Source: Tubiluchus corallicola
Taxonomy: Eukaryota; Animalia; Priapulida
DNA: 64,000 nucleotides
Direction: 5' to 3'
NCBI GenBank assembly: GCA_030141605.1
Contig: JAQGDQ010000374.1
Span: forward strand, 126,830-190,829
Shown piece by piece: positions 1 to 12,145 of the stretch (the stretch's first letter is position 1; the number at the start of each line of letters is the position of its first letter). The position numbers and the translations under genes were made by a program. Below the pieces are notes generated by a model, which saw only the letters and a program-made list of their open reading frames with translations, did not search any database and was not told the DNA's origin.

Positions 1-56
1 TCAGGAATGTTTGAATCTTGTCTTAGTAGAATGACAATTTAGTTCAAACTTTGCGC

Positions 57-739
57 ACAAGAAAACCCTCCACTTACACAAAGCTTAAAAAATTCGCCTT
101 GAAATTTGATACCACTTACGTACTGCCTTTTTGCATATTAGACTTACGTCGGCAGTAACGCTGTATAAAACTTGTAAATTTATAAACTCTCACGATGACC
201 GTTACACGCAGCCATTTTGACGATAAGTCATTTGAAACAAGTTTAGATAACATTGTGTAAAGTTTGAAAAAATAATCAGAGCATTTGTAGCCCACACATC
301 ACTAATTAAATAAAATTTTATTTTCGCTGTATCTTGTCAATAAGATTAAAAATACGTTTTTTGGTTAGTAAGTGGTGCACCCCGGAGGGTGAGTCAGCGA
401 CATTTTACCAATTGGTGAAAACATTTAAAATAATTAATAATTTTCTTTTCTAGTTACATAAGTCTTTCAAGCAGGTAAACGAAGTGCTAAGTAACATAAC
501 TTTGCATGGAAACTTTTTCGGGACACAGTTTAACATTTCCTTTTCTTGATTTACGTTGTGCGTATATGACGTCATGTAATGGCGAGGTCGGAACAGTATT
601 GCGGGAGATTTAAAATTAAAACAAACAAAAAATCCTTTCAAAGCGACTAGGATATTATATGTATAAAATCGCTATAAAGTAATATAATTTTTAAGGCGAT
701 TTTTCTGAAACTTACTTCAGGTACCCCTTTTCTTGTCCT
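57..739. mobile_element. Non-autonomous Kolobok/T2-type DNA transposon, family A, copy 1
   Basis: Reverse complement aligns along its length with 55727-56378. Ends are ACAAGAAAACCCTCC... and ...TTTTCTTGTCCT|TTGA, i.e. an AGGACAAG terminus with decayed TTAA target. Confidence 0.8.
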
Positions 740-1822
740 TTGAATGTATCCATTCTAAGACAGACATGTGAAATCCAACAGCTTTATCTGCTATTCATAC
801 CATTAATGGCTGAGAAAATTAAAATAAATCTGTCAAAGATTGGACGTACGGTGCAAATTACTTACAAAAATATACACTGTTTGTGAAGAGATATAATTTT
901 GAAATAACGTAAAAAGGGGCAAAATCGACTAATGTCTAGTCTATTACGTGGCAACTGCAACAAAGTTTGTTTGCATAGTTTGGCGTGCAAAAACTGAGAG
1001 TTTGCTCCTTTATTTATGTCAATATTAACACTAAAACACGGGAAGATTGTTTGTTTTTCATTGAAGTACTGCTGGTCGCATCTGTGTTTCTACGGTAAAA
1101 GATTGCGTCTGATGGATGAACAATAACAGCTGGTGCGCAAAAGTTTAGCTTATTGATTCTAGATGGCAGCAGCGTCCAATGAAGCCAAGCCTTGTGATGC
1201 CAGCCATTGAGGCACCAGCCGGGAGAAACCGAACCGCTTGATGTCTTTTTAAAGTCTAGCGCTTAACTTCCGCCTTTGCTCGGCTCCGACGAACATGTCA
1301 ATGTAATCTATGAGCACGCCTGCTTTGCTTATCCAAAAAATCAAATATTAATGTATTCGTTTTGGCTTTGATATTATGACAAGGGAAATGGGTGATTGAT
1401 GCTCGCCTTGAAGTTTAGCAACAGTCAGTTGGGTTAGCAAATGGGCAGGTGGCTGTCACGGAAATCCTGCCAGCCCAATCACTGCTGAGTAATCGTGGTA
1501 TTATTCCAGTAAAGAGATGTATATCGACTGCACATCCAACTGTGTCTAAAATACCCACGCCGGTTAACATTTAATCTCTAAAGATTTGTTATCGATACGT
1601 GTGTTTCGGTTGGTTTTTCTCCTAGTTAAGATTAGTGCGCGTCGAACAACCGAATCACAAATAATAAAAAATGTGCAAAATCCACATGATTTATAGGTGG
1701 AGCTCACAATTCATAGTTATTTTAAGATTTCTGGATCGAAAGGATCCTGGTTGTATCTCCGGGATATCTCTTCGTGGAGGAAAAATGACCCAACTTCTTT
1801 ACTTTTAGGGCTTGTATTTTAA

Positions 1823-2368
1823 AGGAAAGCCGGATGATTGTGTAAACATTAGTTCAGAATAAAGAATGCTGTAAAATATTGAAAACTATAAAAGCTTTTT
1901 TAAATCAAAGCTTAGATTAAATAATAATTACCTCGAATTCTCAAATTTCATTAATTTTCAAAACTACGCGCCGCTCAGTGAATCTACTAAGATTGGCAAC
2001 GGCGCCTTTTTGTCATGTGCGCGCGGCCGACAAATAGAAGGCGGCACCGTGATAAGCATGATCATGAACTGCTGTGTTACTTTCTGACGTCATATGATGT
2101 GGAGCCCATTTTCGTGACATCATGCGTTTAAACAGTACTGTAAAACTTATGCAAATGTGCTTGACGAGCAAGGGAAGACGCCTGCCATTGCACTAACTGT
2201 GGTTAGTTTGTGACGTTAGCAATAGCTGTGTTCGGTTGCCATTAATTAGCTTTCTAAGCTAATTATTCAAATATAAGAAACTATTGTTAACTTTGATAGG
2301 CAAGAAAATGTATATTTTGGACAGTAAATTAAAATGAGATTGAGTCTAAACAATCGTGCGGTCCTCCT
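1823..2368 (+). mobile_element. Non-autonomous Kolobok/T2-type MITE, family B, copy 1
   Basis: TTAA(1819-22)|AGGAAAGCCGG...CGGTCCTCCT|TTAA(2369-72). Closely similar copies at 58263-58810 (+) and 62705-63255 (-). Confidence 0.85.
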
Positions 2369-2596
2369 TTAATTCTGCTATATCGTTTTTAGATTTGTAT
2401 ATTTTTAAATTAGTTTTGACTTCTCATTTTTGCACACAAAGTGCTTTTCAATCTTGTGGGTTGTGTGAAAATAAAATCAAGTTTACGATCTACTCAAATT
2501 GGTGCAACATTGATGAATAGTAGAATTTACATACACCATGCAACAGCCTGATATTGTAGAATCATGCAGAATGTCACCATTGACACCATGTACGCA

Positions 2597-3283
2597 AAGG
2601 GTAACCACCCCGTCATGAATCATAAGTCAAGAGCTATGGGCCTGTAAGGTCCCACTGCGGGGCCCGGGATGGAGCCCAGGAAACCAAGCATTTCCTGGGC
2701 CCAGGACGGAGCCCAGGAAACCAAGCATTTGCTGCGTTTTAGATGTTTTATGAGGTTTTTTCAGAAACTAAAATCAAGAAACTCAAACCACAAAGTGCCT
2801 TAGTACAAATTCTTGATTTTAGACAATTATGTCTCAAACTTGCAAGCAGTGTTCTTCAATCCTTGGAGTTTCTTCCTAGTCATATTTCTCACCTGTTTTG
2901 ATGTTTCTGGTGATTAAATGAGTTTTGAGTTTTTAGCACTTTATGTTATGTGAATCAAAGCTAAATCGGAAAAATACTTGATTTGCACCACTTGCCGCTG
3001 CAGTAAAAATTGGTGGAAAACGTTGAAGGGGTAAAATGAGGAAGCCATGAAGCCAATTAAACTTAATTTAATAAGTTTACTGTTATCTTAATTAACAGTA
3101 AACCAGTTTTTTTGGCTTAATCTTTTGCAAAGGTTCAATGGCATGCAAGTTGTATTCCCCTTTTTTCCACTTGAATTTCAATGTGATGGTCGAAACCAGG
3201 AAATTTGAGAATCCGACCAAACTACGAATCCATGGCTGAATTTCAGGAGATTCCAGGCCAAATCAGGAGTGGTGGCAACCCTA
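2597..3283. mobile_element. Degenerate hAT-like non-autonomous element
   Basis: Right end GGTGGCAACCCTA (reverse complement TAGGGTTGCCACC, a hAT-like TIR). Diverged left end AAGGGTAACCACC at 2597 matches 10/13. Confidence 0.45.
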
Positions 3284-3600
3284 GACTCTGGGCCAAATCA
3301 GGAGTCGTGGCAACCCAAGACTTCGGGCCAAATCAGGAGTGGTGGCAACCCTAGACTCCGGGCCAAATCAGGAGCGGTGGCAACCCTAGACTCCGGGCCA
3401 AATCAGGAGCGGTGGCAACCCTAGACTCCGGGCCAAATCAGGAGCGGTGGCAACCCTAGACTCCGGGCCAAATCAGGAGTGGTGGCAACCCTAGACTCCG
3501 GGCCAAATCAGGAGTGGTGGCAACCCTAGACTCCGGGCCAAATCAGGAGTGGTGGCAACCCTAGACTCCGGGCGAAATCAGGAGTGGTGGCAATCCTAGA
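3256..3600. repeat. 35-bp minisatellite, ~10 copies
   Basis: Unit GGCCAAATCAGGAGTGGTGGCAACCCTAGACTCCG, which contains the hAT-like terminus TGGCAACCCTA. Confidence 0.95.
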
Positions 3601-4257
3601 TATGTAACAAGACGTTCTAAACCCTTGTTAATTATCCTGGCGATACATCAACAAAGGTACGAGAAGAAGAGAGATCAAACTGCCAAAGGTCATATAGTAA
3701 TTGCTCATCACTATGACTTCAAAAACTGCTAGTGATTGGCTGCAGGCTATGCTGCGATACTTTTCTCAACGTTACTTTTGTGTGCAGGGAAAATGGAACA
3801 TAATTTCCTTGAAAACGGAAAAAATGAGCTGGCATATTTGAGGCTGAAGACAGTTTAGACTTGCACAGTTTCGAGTAATCGGTCTCAATTCCATCATGTC
3901 CAAAATCAAACTCAAACTTTGGACCCAGATACAGGTAACACGAAAAGCTTGCCGAAATGCATACAATGAAGAGCAGACAGTGAACTTCTTTTCTGAGACC
4001 TTGTTCTTTTGCACACAAACTTGTCAGCTGATGTGAAATCTCTTAGCATTTAACAAATAGAGGGGCTGGCGGGGTACTTGCCTGAAAGAGGAGGAGTTCA
4101 GGAATTTATTACCAAAATATCAACGGGTTTCGGCAAGATGGCAATGTCTACAATATTGCAAATCTTAAAATTTCAGTTACTATGAATAACGTGACTTTAT
4201 AAACAAAGTGAAATTCAAGGGAAAACTGCAGCTTTACGTGGCTTAAAACATTAAAAC

Positions 4258-5508
4258 AACAGCAACAAAACAACACAGAAACAGCAGCAGCAGCAGCAGA
4301 AGCAGAAGCAGCAGCAGCAGCGGTAGCAGTAGCAGCAGTAGCAACAGCAGCAGCAGCAGCAGAAGCAGAAGCAGAAGCAGCAGCAACAGTAGCAGCAGTA
4401 GCAGCAGTAGCAGCAGCAGAAGCAGCAGCAGCAGAAGCAGAAGCAGAAGCAGAAGCTGCAGCAACACTAGCAGCAGTAGCAACAGGAGCAGTAGCAGCAG
4501 AAGCAGTAGCAGCAGCAGAAGCAGAAGCAGCAGCAGCAGTAGCAGCAGCAGAAGCAGCAGCAGCAGCACCACCACCACCACCACCACCAGCAGCAGAAGC
4601 AGAAGCAGCAGCAGCAGTAGCAGTAGCAGCAGTAGCAGTAGCAGCAGCAACAGGAGCAGAAGCAGCAGCAGCAGTAGCAGTAGCAGCAGTAGTAGCAGCA
4701 GAAGCAGCAGCAGCAGAAGCAGAAGCAGAAGCAGAAGCAGAAGCAGAAGCTGCAGCAACACTAGCAGCAGTAGCAACAGGAGCAGTAGCAGCAGCAGCAG
4801 TAGCAGCAGCAGAAGCAGAAGCAGCAGCAGCAGAAGCAGCAGCAGCAGTAGCAACAGGAGCAGTAGCAGCAGCAGAAGCAGCAGCAGCAGAAGCAGAAGC
4901 AGAAGCAGAAGCTGCAGCAACACTAGCAGCAGTAGCAACAGGAGCAGTAGCAGCAGTAGCAGTAGCAGAAGCAGAAGCAGCAGCAACAGGAGCAGAAGCA
5001 GCAGCAGCAGTAGCAGTAGCAGCAGTAGCAGTAGCAGCAGCAACAGGAGCAGAAGCAGCAGCAGCAGTAGCAGTAGCAGCAGTAGCAGCAGCAGAAGCAG
5101 CAGCAGCAGAAGCAGAAGCAGAAGCAGAAGCAGAAGCTGCAGCAACACTAGCAGCAGTAGCAACAGGAGCAGTAGCAGCAGCAGTAGCAGCAGCAGAAGC
5201 AGAAGCAGCAGCAGCAGAAGCAGCAGCAGCAGTAGCAACAGGAGCAGTAGCAGCAGCAGAAGCAGCAGCAGAAGCAGCAGCAGAAGCTGCAGCAACACTA
5301 GCAGCAGTAGCAACAGGAGCAGTAGCAGCAGTAGCAGTAGCAGAAGCAGCAGCAACAGGAGCAGAAGCAGCAGCAGCAGTAGCAGTAGCAGCAGCAGCAG
5401 TAGCAGCAGCAGCAGTAGCAGCAGAAGCAGCAGCAGCAGTAGCAGTAGCAACAGCAGCAGCAGCAGAAGCAGGAGCAGCAGTAGCAACAGCAGCAGCGCA
5501 GCAGCAGC

Positions 5509-5561
<53 letters not shown>

Positions 5562-5563
5562 AA
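4258..5563. repeat. Compound (GCA/GTA/GAA)n trinucleotide microsatellite with higher-order blocks
   Basis: About 1.3 kb of GCA variants. The block GAAGCTGCAGCAACACTAGCAGCAGTAGCAACAGGAGCAGTAG recurs five times. Confidence 0.95.
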
Positions 5564-5924
5564 ACTGCAATTACATAAACGCGATTCTTTTACGAAGCCG
5601 AGGTTTGTCTCCAAGAATTGGAAAACAGAAAAAGCGGAAGTCGACCAGGAAAAGTAAACTTAAAGAAAATAATTATAAATTCCGTTATAGCAAAACGCAA
5701 ATAAACATGACTTTTCAAAGTGAGTTGTAGCCTACATGATTAAGTTTCATTGCAAAATTATTTATGGTGCGGGGGCGAGTCGTTCCAAAAATAAATGAGT
5801 TGCTAGACGGTGTACCGCATACGAAATTTCAAGTGTGGAAAAATAGACATTGTTGATTGCCTGTAATTCCACCTTCTGTTCGAATCCTAATAATAACCAA
5901 AGGCACAGAATAACCACGTAACAT

Positions 5925-6490
5925 ACCAACCTGCCTATTAACTTGCTTACTTATCCACTTGCTTACCTACCTACGTACCTATCTATTTACCTCCTGCCTG
6001 CCTATCGGCCTACTAACTTTCCTAGCATATCAGCTTGTTTATTTACCAACCCACTAGCACTTAATTACCTGCCTACCTACTGTCATGCACTTACCTGCCT
6101 ACCTACTGTCATGCACTTATCTGCTTACCTACTGTCATGCACTTACCTGCCTACCTACTGTCATGCACTTACCTGCTTACCTACTGTCATGCACTTACCT
6201 GCTTACCTACTGTCATGCACTTACCTGCCTACCTACTGTCATGAACTTACCTGCCTACCTACTGTCATGCACTTACCTGCCTACCTACTGTCATGCACTT
6301 ACCTGCCTACCTACTCTCCTATACCTACCTGCCTACTTATTCTCCTGTACCTACCTGTCTACCTACTCTCCAGTGCCTACCTGCCTACCTACTCTCCTGT
6401 GCCTACCTGTCTACCTACTCTCCTGTGCTTACCTGCCTACCTATCAACCTACCTATCTGTAGTTGCCTATCTACATACTCATCCGCTTGG
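5925..6490. repeat. CCTA/CCTG-based degenerate repeat with a 26-bp minisatellite core (~6067-6313)
   Basis: Unit ACCTGCCTACCTACTGTCATGCACTT, ~9 copies, grading into looser CCTA-rich repeats. Confidence 0.9.
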
Positions 6491-8144
6491 CTACCCCCTA
6501 CCCCACTATTTAGCTAGTCGAGGTGCATAAAATGCCGACAACCTGTATATTTCTGTTTTTCTGAAAACATTGAGGTTAAAAAACCAATTTTTGTTTGAAA
6601 TTTTCCTTCTTCCCAACGTTCCTCACTTCCCGAGGGAATAACTCACTATATAAACATGTAACAATAAATTGATTAGTTAATTATTTAATGTAATTCTCCT
6701 GTCTTCCGTTCGGGAATCCAGCGCTAATCGTCACGTGCAAGCAGTCTCATCCACGCTGCTTACTGTAATTACGAATCACCACAGTGAAGCCAGTCTTAAT
6801 ATCGTCTAAGCTATTATTTCCTCGTTAACTATGAAAGCCCGCTGAGTGCTGCTCGTGGGCAGGCAGACGTACAATAGACAAACTTGCGGATGAGAAGAAA
6901 TGAGCTACTCGCAAGTGATAGTGAGTTTTCAGTTTGTAGTCTGTTAAATTTTGTGTGCCTGTGGAAAAGGTTTGCTGTCATGAGTGCCCCTTCATTCTGT
7001 CGAAAACGTCGAAGCATTTTCATCATGAAAATTATGTCTAATGTGTTTTAATCGGATTTGAGTTTGAATTAACGTTGAAAGAATAAAACCTGTCAGTATT
7101 AAGACATGGGTTACAATGTTCACGTTGCGTAATTGCGCAAATGTTAGCTTATGCACGAAAACATACCAACGTGCTTTGACGCATGCAACAGCAGAATACT
7201 ATCTTTCACTGCTTTGCTACCTGAGATCAGCATAATACCGTTTCTTCTCAATGGACGACGTCAAAACATCTACAAAATAATTAACAACTCTACAACGTTT
7301 GCGGCGCCATCTGTTCCACTATTGTTGAACTAACAGAAGTTAGCGTGCCTTTAATTTTTAGAAAGTTTAAATGTAGTGATTCAGATGTACGCGACAAACG
7401 TACGCACGCTCGCTGAACGTTTGCGACATGAGTAATCTGTAAGTTTGACGCCCACGCATTGTCTCTGCAGCTCCTGGCACGTTCTGAGATTTGAGTCTCT
7501 CAATCGATTGAACCATCTGAGGTAGCACTATAATCATTACGCGCTAATTCGTGCATCATATTCAAACATCAAGCTAGTGCTACTACTACAATATCCACGG
7601 TACTCATAGTGGTTTTTCTGCTAGTAAGTAAATTTACTTAGCGCATTCATAGCTGATCTTCATGACGAATCTTCGAGAAGCCAGCCGTCCCAGCTGATTC
7701 TCTCCAAGGGTCTTTCCTTCTCCAGGTAGCTGCATTCACTCACCCTGTGCCTTGCTAATAGATCGACATCGATTTGTGAGGACTTAGAACGTGTGACGTT
7801 ATTCACATTTTACTAACAGCAATCGTAGTTGACATTTGGAGCGAAAAATGCTTTAGCATTGGGAATTATCCTGGGGAAGAAGACGTGCTTAGTATTCGAT
7901 AGATTAAGGTAAGTGGCACTGTAGTCAATGAAGACTTGTCTAATGAGTGTTTAGATAAACTAAAGTGGGTCAGATCATTTCAGGAAAAAACTCTAAATTT
8001 ACTGTAAATACTGTGTTTACTTTACTTTACTTTATTTACTTTACTTTTCATTAACAACTGTGAGAAGCAAGTGACTTCATCAGGGAGTAGATTGTCATAA
8101 ATACTTTCCTTTCTTTTTCCTTGCTTTTCCTTTCTTTTTCGAAA

Positions 8145-10405
8145 GTCTGAGCTAATAGCAGACAACTTGTAAAAACGTAGTGCCATTACAGTCTGGGCTA
8201 ATAGCAGACAACTTGTAAAAACGTAGTGCCATTACAGTCTGGGCTAATAGCAGACAACTTGTAAAAACGTAGTGCCATTACAGTCTGGGCTAATAGCAGA
8301 CAAGTTGTAAAAACGTAGTGCCATTACAGTCTGGGCTAATAGCAGACAACTTGTAAAAACGTAGTGCCATTACAGTCTGGGCTAATAGCAGACAACTTGT
8401 AAAAACGTAGTGCCATTACAGTCTGGGCTAATAGCAGACAACTGTAAAAACGTAGTGCCATTACGGTCTGGGCTAATAGCAGACAACTGTAAAAACGTAG
8501 TGCCATTACGGTCTGGGCTAATAGCAGACAACTGTAAAAACGTAGTGTCATTACAGTCTGGGCTAATAGCAGACAACTGTAAAAACGTAGTGTCATTACG
8601 GTCTGGGCTAATAGCAGACAACTGTAAAAACGTAGTGTCATTACAGTCTGGGCTAATAGCAGACAACTGTAAAAACGTAGTGCCATTGCGGTCTGGGCTA
8701 ATAGCAGACAACTGTAAAAACGTAGTGTCATTACAGTCTGGGCTAATAGCAGACAACTGTGAAAACGTAGTGCCATTACGGTCTGGGCTAATAGCAGACA
8801 ACTGTAAAAACGTAGTGTCATTACGGTCTGGGCTAATAGCAGACAACTGTAAAAACGTAGTGTCATTACAGTCTGGGCTAATAGCAGACAACTGTAAAAA
8901 CGTAGTGTCATTACGGTCTGGGCTAATAGCAGACAACTTGTAAAAACGTAGTGTCATTACGGTCTGGGCTAATAGCAGACAACTTGTAAAAACGTAGTGT
9001 CATTACGGTCTGGGCTAATAGCAGACAACTGTAAAAACGTAGTGTCATTACGGTCTGGGCTAATAGCAGACAACTGTAAAAACGTAGTGTCATTACGGTC
9101 TGGGCTAATAGCAGACAACTGTAAAAACGTAGTGCCTTTACAGTCTGGGCTAATAGCAGACAACTGTAAAAACGTAGTGCCATTACGGTCTGAGCTAATA
9201 GCAGACAACTTGTAAAAACGTAGTGCCATTACGGTCTGGGCTAATAGCAGACAACTGTAAAAACGTAGTGCCATTACAGTCTGGGCTAATAGCAGACAAC
9301 TGTAAAAACGTAGTGCCATTACGGTCTGAGCTAATAGCAGACAACTGTAAAAACGTAGTGTCATTACAGTCTGGGCTAATAGCAGACAACTGTAAAAACG
9401 TAGTGCCATTACAGTCTGGGCTAATAGCAGACAACTGTAAAAACGTAGTGCCATTACGGTCTGGGCTAATAGCAGACAACTGTAAAAACGTAGTGCCATT
9501 ACGGTCTGGGTTAATAGCAGACAACTGTAAAAACGTAGTGCCATTACGGTCTGGGCTAATAGCAGACAACTGTAAAAACGTAGTGCCATTACAGTCTGGG
9601 CTAATAGCAGACAACTGTAAAAACGTAGTGCCATTACGGTCTGGGCTAATAGCAGACAACTGTAAAAACGTAGTGCCATTACGGTCTGGGCTAATAGCAG
9701 ACAACTGTAAAAACGTAGTGCCATTACGGTCTGGGCTAATAGCAGACAACTGTAAAAACGTAGTGCCATTACGGTCTGGGCTAATAGCAGACAACTGTAA
9801 AAACGTAGTGCCATTACGGTCTGGGCTAATAGCAGACAACTGTAAAAACGTAGTGCCATTACGGTCTGGGCTAATAGCAGACAACTGTAAAAACGTAGTG
9901 CCATTACGGTCTGGGCTAATAGCAGACAACTGTAAAAACGTAGTGCCATTACGGTCTGGGCTAATAGCAGACAACTGTAAAAACGTAGTGCCATTACGGT
10001 CTGGGCTAATAGCAGACAACTGTAAAAACGTAGTGCCATTACGGTCTGGGCTAATAGCAGACAACTGTAAAAACGTAGTGCCATTACAGTCTGGGCTAAT
10101 AGCAGACAACTTGTAAAAACGTAGTGTCATTACGGTCTGGGCTAATAGCAGACAACTGTAAAAACGTAGTGCCATTACGGTCTGGGCTAATAGCAGACAA
10201 CTGTAAAAACGTAGTGCCATTACGGTCTGGGCTAATAGCAGACAACTGTAAAAACGTAGTGCCATTACGGTCTGGGCTAATAGCAGACAACTGTAAAAAC
10301 GTAGTGTCATTACGGTCTGGGCTAATAGCAGACAACTTGTAAAAACGTAGTGTCATTACGGTCTGGGCTAATAGCAGACAACTGTAAAAACGTAGTGCCA
10401 TTACA
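8145..10405. repeat. 45/46-bp minisatellite, ~50 copies
   Basis: Unit GTCTGGGCTAATAGCAGACAAC(T)TGTAAAAACGTAGTG(C/T)CATTAC(A/G), head-to-tail with no spacers. Confidence 0.97.
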
Positions 10406-11573
10406 AACGCGAAAATTGCCACGGTTTCTTGTTAAATTTTTCTATCAAATAAAGAAACCACGGCAAACATTTGGGACGAGGTTAAAAAAACTCAGCGATT
10501 TGGCGCTTTCGGCAACCACGAAAATTGTTTTGAGAAGTGGTACTCGATTAGACCAGCTTGGGCAGTGATGCTAACATGGCCCGTTTAAGACATGTGGAAA
10601 TTTTTCCGTAAATTGATCCTCTTTAATTGGCTTCGTTTGAAGAATGAAAATTGCGCACCTGAAATTCCCAGGCATAATGGTGCAGCTTAGGTTCACCAGG
10701 TTATTACTTACTAAACTTATCATTAACTATGACACGTGGAAATGCTTTGTTAAGGTGTGATGTATGTTGATATCCGAACTGCATTTGGTATGTCATGCAC
10801 TTATTGAAAACTTAATTTTTTGTGATAATATAATATATGAAGAAATGAAGAAGATGAATTTCTTGAACAAGAATAAGATCAAGGTCTTCTATGTGTTATG
10901 TCGTTGTCTTCGATGGAACACATGTCTGGAGAGGAAGCCATTTTAACTAAATGACTAACTATTTGAGTCGCTTATAGCGTATAACTAAAAATGATGTAAA
11001 TATTGATTTGTCAAGGTCAACGTAAGTCGTTCACGTAAAAGTACCTTAACTTTGAATGTAACAAAGATCATCATAATTACTTCAGGTAAAGGTCAGTGTA
11101 ATGCTGCTGACCTGGATCATGATGGAGGTCAAAGGTCCCTAAACTTGCTATCCCCCAAGATACACGAAGGAAACATAAACTGAGTAACATTCAGTAAACA
11201 AGTAAATATGAATAACTTTTTCTTGACTAAACATGATTTTGTAAAGAGATGCTAACTTTTACGACGTTTCTAGATTAAAAAGTAATTAGTGACCTGGTAG
11301 TAAAAACCTTAGTATCACATGACAATATCCGTGGCCATAACCATTAGCACATTGGGTAATTATGATTTTATGTAAACATTAGGCGATTATGTATTTTATG
11401 ATTTGAAGTAAGCTGAGATATTCAGAATTCATTTATTACGTGTCTAAACTGCGAATTTTGAATGGCAAGTTAACAGTCGTTTCGTAACATGGAGTTTTTG
11501 TTTCTGACATGTCCTTGATGAATTTCGCTGAATTACAGATGACACATTTGCGCCTCTGTTTTGCCTCTAACTT

Positions 11574-12143
11574 CTTCTTCTTCTTCTTCCCAGCTTTTCC
11601 TTATGCGGGGGTTGCCGTTGTGAGTCTTCTCCACGCATTCCTGTTGTTGACCATCTCTTCATTTATGTTCTTCTGTCTAAGGTCTCCCTTAATACATTCA
11701 ATCCATCTCCACTTGGGTCGTCCTCTTCTACCATTTCCATGACCTCCCTTCCCACATGATCTTCACCGACTCTTCTTTTCAGGTGTCCATACCATCGCAA
11801 TCTTGCGAGGCTTCCACTACTTTTACTGTTCCTCTGATATTATTATTTCTAATTTTATCTCTTCTTGTTATTACCATCATCCATCTCAACATCCTCATCT
11901 CCACCACACCCATTTTCTTCTCTTCGGTCTTCTTTAGAGAAGCTGCTTCCAGCGCATAGATTAGAGCGGGTCTGACCACTTCTTTGTGGACTTTATCTTT
12001 AAGTCTCACGGACTCATTCATAGAAGGTTTTGGCGCAGTTTCTACAGGCGGATGCCCTTCCTGATCCTAACCCTCCCTATTTATCCGGGCTTGGGACCGG
12101 CACTGAGTTGGGCTGGCTTGCCCCCCCCCCCAGTAGCTAGGTT
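11574..12143 (-). mobile_element. Internally deleted non-autonomous RTE-clade retroposon (twister-bearing 5' end, ORF C-terminal remnant, (GAA)n tail)
   Basis: 11779-12021 translates to LKDKVHKEVVRPALIYALE...EMRMLRWMMVITRRDKIRNNNIRGTVKV, a typical RTE post-RT region. (GAA)n tail at ~11571-11590. Probable diverged TSD with CTCTAACTT on both flanks (11565-11573 and 12151-12159). Confidence 0.85.
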
Positions 12144-12145
12144 GC
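12067..12145 (-). ncRNA. Twister self-cleaving ribozyme (type P1-like) at the RTE 5' end
   Basis: Minus strand reads GCAACC-UAG-CUA-CUGGG...CUCAGU-GCCGGUCCCAAGCCCGGAUAAA-UAG-GGAG-GGUUAG. The core GCCGGUCCCAAGCCCGGAUAAA matches the canonical twister core as recalled from the rice ribozyme. P1 (AACC/GGUU), P2 (CUA/UAG), P3 (ACUGGG/CUCAGU) and P4 (CCGG/CCGG) can pair. Confidence 0.85.

Noticed and set aside
450-641. Homologous small ORFs MKGFFV... at 450-641 and 55823-56110 as a gene pair
   Set aside because: Both lie inside family A MITE copies, start at non-ATG codons, and differ by frameshifts.
4148-5614. 488-aa Ala-rich (antifreeze-like) and poly-Leu/poly-Cys ORFs
   Set aside because: They are a by-product of the (GCA)n microsatellite, open in several frames, with no credible start or splice context.
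7808-7914. Possible plus-strand exon (TACTAACAG acceptor, AAG|GTAAGT donor)
   Set aside because: All three frames contain stops and no partner exons were identified. It could be non-coding but cannot be supported.
8145-10405. Regular 33-45-bp repeats (also 3256, 22712, 35561, 59032) as CRISPR arrays
   Set aside because: Units are head-to-tail with no unique spacers, there are no cas genes, and the context is eukaryotic.
8336-10568. Long repetitive ORFs in minisatellites (also 22594-23441, 28599-29728, 35524-36105, 47414-48068, 61285-61738)
   Set aside because: Unit lengths are multiples of 3 or simple dinucleotides, so ORFs are open on both strands and in several frames. +1 unit variants break them arbitrarily.
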